Of a stretch of 64,000 nt of DNA, positions 52,902 to 61,742 are shown one piece after another. The position numbers and the translations under genes are program-made. Every line of letters begins with the position of its first letter. Position 1 is the first letter of the stretch. The notes beneath the pieces are model-generated. The model did not search any database, was not told the origin of the DNA, and worked only from the letters and a program-made list of their open reading frames with translations. This stretch comes from Octopus sinensis (taxonomy: Eukaryota): positions 49,786,001 through 49,850,000 of the forward strand of contig NC_043008.1 of the NCBI RefSeq assembly GCF_006345805.1, written 5' to 3'.

Positions 52902-54725
52902 TTGATAGATATCATTTTAGTTGCCAGGAAATCGTTTATTAAGTTTGATAATAAGCTGTGGATCCGTAAGGATACTCCCAATGAATTTGATGTGCCTATG
53001 GGTAGTTCGGATAGTGCGCAGATAGCCGATTTGGTCGGAATATATATTCTCTACGAATTGTCCAATCAATTCCCGGAGATCGCGGGCGGCCTGTATCGTG
53101 ACGATTGTCTGTTTTACCTGCAAAACACCACGAACAGAATAGTGCAGAAAACTAAGAGCAGGTTAGCTAGGTTTTTTAATAGAATGGGCATGAGTATAGT
53201 TTTTGATAATGAACTCACCAAGGCTAATTTCCTAGACGTTACACTTAACCTTAATAGCGACTCATACTGCCCTTACCATAAGCCTTCCACTAATTTGAAG
53301 TATGTCAGTGTCTTCTCAAATCATGCCAAAACCGTAACAGACAATTTGGTTAAAAACATCTCTCTAAGATTGTCTGGCTTGTCCGCCAGTGCCGATATTT
53401 TTATGCAGAAAGCGGATTTTTATAACGCCGCACTATCCAAGGCCGGTTATAGGCAGAAGGTAATTTATATTGATCCGGCCCTTCCGATGCCATCATTCGG
53501 TCATCAGGATAGGGCCGTATATAATAACATTAACATTTTAAGTAAGGACGGGAGCGCGGCGGATACCGGGGTAGTCGCTCCCGCATTTAATTTAGCGAAC
53601 AAGGATAATTATCGGTCCGGGAGGTCTTACACTAACCCAAGACCCGTTATTCATCCGAGATTCACCCACCCAAATGCGAGAGCTGGCGTCCCGACCCATC
53701 ACACTGATAGGAATAAGCATATATGGTTTGTAATCCCCTTTGGTAAGCAGATTAGAACTAATCTCCCCCTCATGTTTAGACAAGCCATCGCCAATAACTT
53801 CCCCAGAAATTCCAAATATTACTCCACGGTTAACTCACATAAAGTTAGGATAGCTTTCTCCAACACTAAAAACCTCGCCCAGATAATCGCCTCCCATAAT
53901 AATAGGCTACTTACTAAGACCCTATCACCTTTTTCCGGAGGCACAGCCTCTTCCGCTCCCGGTTTAATGCTCAGTAGGAATAATTATAGTAGTAATAATG
54001 ATATGAGAGCCAGTACAGTGACACATAATCTCAGCTCCAGCCAGGGAGTACCCACTAGGGGTATAGTTATAAATAGGGGAGTTGTGGTTGATGGTAACAA
54101 TGGGAGTAGGGTAGAGAGCCCCTTTAGCATCCCCAGCATCATTTCCCGCAATAGCAGTACCACGGGCAGTAGCAATGACAGCACTCTGATAGATAGTGGA
54201 GAATCAGGGGTTATTCCTATAGTTAATAGTGACGTAGTGGAAAATAGAGTAGTAAGCGGCTGCAGGTCTCGGAACGAATATAGTGACAGGAACGCAGTTC
54301 TAATTTCAGAAACCAATCCTAGCAGAGTAAGATTCACGTCGGCGAACTCCAAGATCAAAAACGCCGTCTACCAATGCAAGGTTTACACGGACTCAGATGC
54401 CTTCACTTATATAGGGGCATCATCCTCAAGATTGTCTTTGCGTGTCTCCAACCATTACGCAACTTTTCGGGACGTGAACAAGCGCCAGACCACGGGACTC
54501 AGTAAGCTAATATGGCGACTGAAGGATGCGAACTTAAGCTATAGGCTGGAATGGTCAATTTTGTCGGTGGCCCTCCCATTTGATAGGGGCAGAAGACAGT
54601 GCAACCTTTGTGTCTCCGAACTCTTCCATATTTTGTTTGCCAGAGGCCGGATGGTAAACGGGCTCTTACAGTCGGCTTTTCGATGCCCCCATTGGCGGCG
54701 TTACACTTATCTGGCCTTTAAATAG
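52902..54725 (+). CDS. 5'-truncated Penelope-like RT + C-terminal GIY-YIG endonuclease (607 codons open, no true start)
   Basis: FDVPMGS..LVGIYIL, GLYRDD, FLDVTLNL, IWF..PF..RTN, VYQCKV..TYIG..R..NH..TF, LSKLIWRLK..W.IL..CNLC..E; Naiad-type signatures. Confidence 0.93.
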   Translation: MIDIILVARKSFIKFDNKLWIRKDTPNEFDVPMGSSDSAQIADLVGIYILYELSNQFPEIAGGLYRDDCLFYLQNTTNRIVQKTKSRLARFFNRMGMSIVFDNELTKANFLDVTLNLNSDSYCPYHKPSTNLKYVSVFSNHAKTVTDNLVKNISLRLSGLSASADIFMQKADFYNAALSKAGYRQKVIYIDPALPMPSFGHQDRAVYNNINILSKDGSAADTGVVAPAFNLANKDNYRSGRSYTNPRPVIHPRFTHPNARAGVPTHHTDRNKHIWFVIPFGKQIRTNLPLMFRQAIANNFPRNSKYYSTVNSHKVRIAFSNTKNLAQIIASHNNRLLTKTLSPFSGGTASSAPGLMLSRNNYSSNNDMRASTVTHNLSSSQGVPTRGIVINRGVVVDGNNGSRVESPFSIPSIISRNSSTTGSSNDSTLIDSGESGVIPIVNSDVVENRVVSGCRSRNEYSDRNAVLISETNPSRVRFTSANSKIKNAVYQCKVYTDSDAFTYIGASSSRLSLRVSNHYATFRDVNKRQTTGLSKLIWRLKDANLSYRLEWSILSVALPFDRGRRQCNLCVSELFHILFARGRMVNGLLQSAFRCPHWRRYTYLAFK

Positions 54726-55332
54726 CGTTTATAAATAAGACCAGCACCCATAGCCCTTGGTAACAAATTCTGAAATAGATTTTAAGATATCTACAATTAA
54801 CCACTGCAAGGGAAATTACTCCTGTAAGACAAACGGGGCTTGTTTTTTCACAGCGGGGGGTTTCCTTGTCAAGGCAGGCTTAGATGAACACTCACACACA
54901 CACATAAAACATATATATATATATAATTTCTTTATTTTTTTTCTTTCTGCCACCCAACGGTTATCACGGCAGTAGCCACTGACAGCCGAACGATCAAACG
55001 CACACACGTACACAAAAATGTTTTCTACCCCTACGCCAACACACACATATATAGAACAGTATACACACACACACGTCTCTAAGTAGATTTTTTCTCGCCC
55101 CTTATAAAACATCCAATATTCTTTAAATAGTCAGAACTTTATTCTCGGTCACAAAGAACATATATACACCCTCACCCACATGATTGACCGATGCCTGACC
55201 TGTTGAATTCTTCAGCCACCGGTTCTCAACATACACTGATAAACAGTTTCGCCATGGGCTCTTAGGAGCACAGTTCGATTTGTTTTTTGCTCTGCCTCTG
55301 TTCTGTTTTTGTTTTTCCAACGGATTTCCTTT

Positions 55333-55421
55333 TTTCTTCCTGAAGAGAAAGACACAATATGGTCCCATTATTCAATCGGATTTTGGTAATTTGTGCCTTT
55401 CGAAACACGTGTAGAATGAAA
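55333..55421 (+). ncRNA. Type I hammerhead ribozyme with extended stem II in the PLE 3' region
   Basis: tttcttc-CTGAAGA(55340)-gaaagacacaa...ttgtgcctttc-GAAAC(55402)-acgt-GTA-gaatgaaa; palindromic stem III acacgtgt; predicted cleavage after 55413. Confidence 0.82.
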
Positions 55422-55474
55422 TAAAACGATTTCTGTTCAATCTGCGTTCAGCTCCATTTCTTCAATTCACCAAT

Positions 55475-55512
<38 letters not shown>

Positions 55513-55797
55513 ACACACCTTCTAATATTGAATGGTGAGAATGACCGCTCAACATCACATTGACAGATAAATATTCTTTATTTGTGGTATTCTCATCCAA
55601 AATGGAGAGTGTCAACATCTTGTACACATAAAGAATTGTGAATATGTTTTCACATGAAACCATTGGTTGTCTTGTTAATCCACAAATAAAGTACACACAC
55701 ACACACGCACACACATATATGTCCTATAAAATGTGTACCTGTGTACCTATACCTTATGTATTTTTCTCATTCTCTCCCTGCTTTTCTTGTCTTGCAG

Positions 55798-55908
55798 TCA
55801 TGTATTAAACGCATCCGACTTGACATGCCAGTGCTGGATGATGACTTTGTCTCAAACCAAGTCGATGATGAGGATGAAGACGGTAACCCAAACAATACTA
55901 CAAATGCG
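55798..55908 (+). CDS. TIPIN: TIPIN coding exon 5
   Basis: SCIKRIRLDMPVLDDDFVSN matches TIPIN TCLKRIRLDLP...DFVSN; donor gtaagg. Confidence 0.93.
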
Positions 55909-56429
55909 GTAAGGGCTTATGTGTATTCATTTATGTGGGGATCTCACAGCCAGTGTATGTATGAAAGAGGCTGAAATCATGTGATCTGATAGTCCTGGCA
56001 GCTGAAGTAGCGGTGATTGTCTGCCACTGGTAATAGCCTTGATGTGCTTTTATGCACCAAATAATCATAGAATTTTTCTTTCTTGACAAATATTGAAATA
56101 TTTGTGTGTTCTAATGCAGCATTCACTTTTAAGTGGTGAACGTGTGTGTATATTATAAACCTACCTCTACACACACACACGCACACATGTTGGGTCACCC
56201 TGTATATATACATACATCTTCATTGTTCATTTTTTCTGATATATTCTGTGATTAATACACCAAAAATTATTGGTATTCTATGTTGGATTTACAAATTCTA
56301 CCTGTCACAAGGAATTAAAAACAACATATATGGATTGCTGTTGCACCAACCAGACAATTTAGTTAGCTGGTTTCTATTCCCACCAAATGCTTAAACCTGG
56401 GTTTATTGAATTCCTATTTTCCTCCAGTG

Positions 56430-56828
56430 GCATGTAAAATGCATCATCTGAATGCAGTCGATGCCAGTGCCCCTGACAGGCTCCCGTGCTAGTGACACAT
56501 AAAAAGCACCATCTGAATGTGGTTGATTACAGGTCCGCCTGACTGGCTCCCGTGCTGGTGGCATGTAAAAAAGCACCCACTAGACTCTTGGAGTGGTTGG
56601 CATTCAGCTGTAGAAATATTGCCCAACCAGAATGGAGCCTGGTGCAGCCACTGGCTTTCCAGACCTCAGTCAAACCGTCCAACTCATGATGATGATGCTG
56701 AGGTCTGGAGAGCCAGCAACTACACCAGGCTCCATTCTGATCTGGCAATGTTTTTACAGCTGGATGCCCTTCCTAACACCAACCACTCCAAGAGTGTAGT
56801 GGGTGCTTTTTACATGTCACCAGCACGA
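56430..56828. mobile_element. Two LINE 3'UTR fragments in tail-to-tail inverted orientation
   Basis: About 56550-56670 pairs with 56699-56828 across a spacer containing (GAT)n. Confidence 0.7.
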
Positions 56829-57035
56829 TCATATATATATTTATAAGATATACACACAATTGAAATTATAAGAATTCATAAACTTTTGGGTGAAAGCGAA
56901 TTCAATTTTGGAATAGTGGATCTTGAAGCACATAAAGCTATAAATAATAGCAAGTAACTATTGGGTTGAATACCCTTTTGGACTGAAAAAGTCAAAAGTA
57001 GCCCTGGTAGATTTGCAACCAGATATTTACATGCT

Positions 57036-57085
<50 letters not shown>

Positions 57086-57836
57086 CATACATATGTACGT
57101 ACACACCCATGCACATGTTTATATATACATCTTTAGGCACAGCTATAATTGTGTGTTTAAGAAGATCACGTGGTTGGCAGTTCAGTCCTATTGTACGGAA
57201 CCTTGGCTTCTACCATAGCCCTAGACTAGCTAAAGCCTTCTGAGTGGAATTGGTGGAGGGAAACTGAAAGAAGCCTATCTTGTATATATGTGTGTGTGTT
57301 ACTGTCTCATTTGAGTATTGATCAAAATGCTGTGCAGTTTTTGTTTTTGGGTCTTTGTGTTCTGAGTTCAAATCCAGTTGAGGTTGTCTTTGCCCTTTAT
57401 CCTTCCAGAGGTCACCAAAAAAGGGGCAAATTGGGTGAGCATTGAATGGATTGCCTTGTGATTGTTCTTCCAACTCTGTTCTCTGAGTTCAGCTTTGTTT
57501 TTCATTCACGAAGGCCCAGCCCAGTTCTTTTCTTTCTTTCTCAAACCTTGAGCGGAACGGGTTTATTCAGGTTTAAAAAATGTCCACGATATGCTGTGTG
57601 TAATGGCAAGTCTAAAGCTAAATACAATAGCCCTTAAATACTAGGGTTGATATAACTGACTATGTCCTTCCTTCATATTTGTGAGAAGCCTGTTTTAACA
57701 AAGCTGTCTCCCCATTTCTTGAATATAGAAGGGCCCAGGAAACACTATGGGTTGTGCTCACTGTTCCTTCTGAACTATTTTTTAACAAGTAAAACTATCT
57801 CTAATGTGTTTCTATTTTTTGTTTTTATATTTACAG

Positions 57837-58004
57837 GTGCAAATGGATGAAGTAACGGCTGCTGAAGCTGCATGGGATGAAATGATGCGATCTCCAAACA
57901 ACAACAACAACAACAACAGTGTGTCCAGTACATCGTATCTTACATCTCCTCCTTCGGGCTTTTCTACTCCATCAACCACCAACCGTCCACCATCACAAGT
58001 TACT
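57837..58004 (+). CDS. TIPIN: TIPIN coding exon 6 (S/T/P-rich, poly-Asn)
   Basis: ttacag acceptor, gtaaga donor, phase 0 to 0, open frame VQMDEVTAAEAAWDEMMRSPNNNNNNN... Confidence 0.8.
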
Positions 58005-59908
58005 GTAAGATTCTTTGTTTTAAACATTACATATTTACTACACATTTTTTTTTTTTTTACTTTTATATGTGTTTCATCATTTACATTCATTTTCCATGCT
58101 GGCATGGATTGGATAGCTTGACTGGAGCTGGTATGGCCAGGGGTTGCACCAAGTGCGTGACCAGGCTGGAGCATTTCCCAAGCATGACTAACTGAGACTA
58201 CAGATATCATCCAACCATCTCGTTCAGGGTCTCCTGCCGGTCAGCTCGGTTTGAAGACTCTGTCATGTGATTCTTTCCTATGGCATTCTAATCACATGTC
58301 TATTGTACAGGAGCTGTGATCCCTCAATGCAGAGAAGCTCTGGCTTGACCCAGAGAGATTCCCTGATCACTAAGCTACACAACCTGCCAAGTAATGTTGC
58401 TCCAGAGATCCTTCAGACGCACTCCATTTCCCTGACTTGTGTTTGTAGCATCCACTTCATTGTTAGGCTATAAAAGGGAGAGTAAGTTGCACCTTCTGCT
58501 TGTAGACTGGGATGGCATCTTGGACAAGTGCTGGTAACCCCGTAGCCTCCTGTGCTACGGATAGAGTAAAGACGTTAGCAGCAGGATGATGAATAACTGA
58601 CAAGGTGGAAAAGTCCTAGACCAACAGCTTATAATTCCTCAACATTTTCTTCAAAAAATGAAATTGTACAAAGGTTTGAGTCTGGGTGCCCATGAGTTCA
58701 AAGCTTTTTGGACACTGTGGAAGAATGCTTATAATTCCTCGACATTTTCTTAAAAAAATGAAATTGCACGAAGACCAACAGCTCGAAGGCTGCTGTGGCC
58801 AAGCAGAAAATCTGAACCATCAGACAACAGTTGGGCATCAACTAGCAAGTGAGTTGTTACAATGGGGCAGCTTCATTGTTGACTATGCTTGTTGTACTCT
58901 TGTACTTCACTTGGTACTTGGCATAGAGGCCCTGAGAGGCAGTCTGATGGAGGATGACGCCAACTGCTTTATCATGCTAAAGCATTATGTTCAGAAAACT
59001 GTCTGGACAGAATAGTCAACATCAACTTATGATGGACAGCCGTCGCTGAATGTTATAGGTATAAATATGTCATGTCTCTGTGTTTTTCACCATACTACTT
59101 CGCAACTGGTGTTGGTTTGTTTACTTCCCCATAACACTTGCAGTTCAGCAAAAAGACTGATTGAGTAACTCACAAACTTAAAAAAAAATGCAAGTACCGC
59201 AGTTGATTTTTTTGACTAGATCCTTCAAAGTGGTGCCCCAGCTTGGCCTGAAGAACTGAGCCAAGTAAAAGAATTAAAGAAAGAATACTTTATTAATGAC
59301 TGCTAATTAGGGTCTCTCTTTACTTGTTTCAGTCATTTTGACTGCGGCCATGCTGGAGCATCACTTTTAGTTGAGCAAATCGACCCCAGGACTTATTCTT
59401 TGTAAGCCTAATACTTATTCTCTCGGTCTCTTTTGCCGAACCGCTAAGTTATGAGGACGTGAACACACCCGCATCGGTTGTCAAGCGATGTTGGGGGACA
59501 CACACACACAAACATATACACACACATGCATATATACATATATACAACGGGCTTCTTTCAGTTTCCGTCAACCAAATCCACTCACAAGGCTCTGGTCGGC
59601 CCGAGGCTATAGTAGAAGACATTTGGCCAAGGTGCCACGCAGTGGGACTGAACCCGGTACCATGTGGTTGGTAAGCAAGCTACTTACCACACAGCCACTC
59701 CTGCACCTAGGATCAATTATTATTATTTTAATTTAATTTTTAATGTATTAGTATTTTAGAATATTTGTTTGTTTATCCTATTTCATCAATCAACTCTCAG
59801 ACAATACAAACCTCAATAAGGAGCAGTTACCAAGAGCAATGGAGAGTCGTGAATTGTGGAAAAACATGATTTTTAACAAGTGATTTTTCTTTTAACAAAT
59901 TATTTCAG

Positions 59909-60071
59909 GTTCTTTCTGCAGAAATGAAAGAAAAGATTGCCAAGAATAAACAACTTGCTCTAGAAAAAAGGGCTGCTAGATTAGCTGCTAACCAGAACAC
60001 TCCCCAAAGGCAGAATACTTCCCAAAATGAGGAGATTACAGCTGGCAGCCAGAAAACTTCCAACAACCAAG
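59909..60071 (+). CDS. TIPIN: TIPIN coding exon 7
   Basis: LSAEMKEKIAKNKQLALEKRAARL matches TIPIN [24 protein letters not shown]; phase 0 to 1. Confidence 0.93.
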
Positions 60072-60075
60072 GTAA

Positions 60076-60479
60076 TTACCTCCACCAAGGAAGGAGGTTA
60101 TGTTTTCATTGGTGTTGGTTTGTCTGTCTGTCCGTCTGTGTGCAAAATAACTCAGAAAATTGTGAACGGTATTTGATGAAACTTGCTGGAAAAGTTGGTA
60201 ATGCCACAAGGAACAGATGATGAAATTTTGATAGTGATCCGAGAATTTTATGGATTCTTGAAGGATTTTTCATTTGTTATATTTACTTTACATGAAGTAT
60301 TACAATGTTATATTCTTTGATTATCTCCCTTGAAAACACTTTCATCGTTTCCACGTCACCATATGGTGGCGTTGCTGTTTCCAGAGTTTATTTTCCTTTC
60401 TCTATTAGTCATTTTACTCACGTATCTGTCTTATGAGCTGCTTGGCAGACGTCTGCGATCTCAGAGTGCTTTTCTAGTT
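60076..60479 (+). mobile_element. Helentron/HINE-like non-autonomous element
   Basis: 5' ttacctccaccaaggaaggaggttatg, (GTCT)n, 3' palindrome gcagacgtctgc (60445-60456) followed by CTAGTT. Confidence 0.7.
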
Positions 60480-60813
60480 ATTTTATAAATTCTCAGTGGT
60501 GTTGCTTGTATGTGTGTTATATGTACATGCGTTTCTGTATGAATATATGTGTGTGCATGTGAGTGTGTGTATATATTTTAGTGTATATATATACACACAC
60601 ACACACACATAAATGTGCATGTATATATTTATTTGTAAGCTTGTTATTTTTTAATGTGTCTCTAGAGATTATATTATGTCTGCTTGTGTGTATGTATGTA
60701 TGTATCTGTTTCTGTTTTCTCTCTCTCTTTCTCATAATATATATTTATACACACACACATATATATATATAAACTGTGTATGCAGTTTAAACAATTATTT
60801 TCTGTTTTTCTAG

Positions 60814-61742
60814 ATTCTTCTTTCACTGGGACACCTACACCATCTGACCATTCTTTGGCAAACCCAGACAATCAAGACCATCTCCAAGAAGTTTCCCCAA
60901 GGAAAACACTCTCTCAAGAAGATGGTGACAGTTTCAAAAAGACAAATTGTGGTCTTAATGGCAAAACAGAACAAACACCTGGATCGGTTGGAAATTCCTC
61001 AAATGAATCAGATGAAAGTTTAGTTGGGACTGACAGAATAGTTGATGATAACAGAACTGAAATTTATTCTTCATCGAACTTGAATCAGTCAACTGTGAAA
61101 GAGAGTGATGTGTGTCAGAGTGTGGCAGACATGGATCAATCAACTGTGAAAGAGAATGATGTGTGTCAGGGTGTAACAGACATGGATCAGTCAACTGTGA
61201 AAGAGAATGATGTGTGTCAGGGTGTGACAAACATGGATCAGTCAACTGTGAAAGAGAATGATGTGTGTCAGAGTGTGACAGACATGGATCAGTCAACTGT
61301 GAAAGAGAATGATGTGCATCAGGATGTGACTGACATGGATCAGTCAACTGTGAAAGAAAATGATGTGCGTCAGGGTGTGAAAAATATGGATCAGTCAACT
61401 GTGAAAGAAAATGTGTGTCTGGGTGTGACAGACATGGATCAGTCAGCTGTGAAAGAGAATGATGTGCATCAAAGTGTGACAGACATGGATCAGTCAGCTG
61501 TGAAAGAGAATGATGTGCAACAGAGTGTGACAGACATGCATCGATCAACTGTGAAAGAGAATGATGTGTGTCAGGGTGTGACAGACATGGATCATTCAAC
61601 TGTGACAGAGAATGATGTGCATCAAAGTGTGACAGACATGGATCAGTCACCTGTGAAAGAGAACAATGTACTTCAGGGTGTGACAGACACACATCAGTCA
61701 CCTGTGAAAGAGAATGATGTGTGTCTGAGGGACAAATGCTGA
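60814..61742 (+). CDS. TIPIN: TIPIN terminal coding exon 8 with 17-aa repeat array; CDS total 1788 nt, 595 aa
   Basis: tttttctag acceptor phase-compatible with exon 7; 309 codons open to TGA. Confidence 0.8.
61077..61739 (+). repeat. Coding minisatellite, 13 x 51 bp (DMDQSTVKENDVCQGVT)
   Basis: 13 units counted in the translation; unit 7 lacks exactly one codon. Confidence 0.95.

Larger units (their letters stand above)
50593..55483. mobile_element. Foldback Naiad-like Penelope retroelement: 146-nt tail (50593-50738), left arm 50739-52899, 4-nt loop, right arm 52904-55483, flanked by (AT)n
   Basis: Near-perfect inverted duplication; RT+GIY-YIG ORF; hammerheads near both outer ends; left arm lacks right-arm 53191-53615. 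Confidence 0.93.

Noticed and set aside
54726-55483. SECIS element / selenoprotein-type Naiad
   Set aside because: No in-frame TGA in the visible 607 codons and no convincing AUGA-AA-GA hairpin seen; the missing 5' ORF cannot be assessed.
50593-61742. Functional link between TIPIN's role in replicating palindromes/telomeres and the palindromic or telomere-like inserts in its introns
   Set aside because: Similar foldbacks occur outside the gene in this window; co-location is most simply chance.
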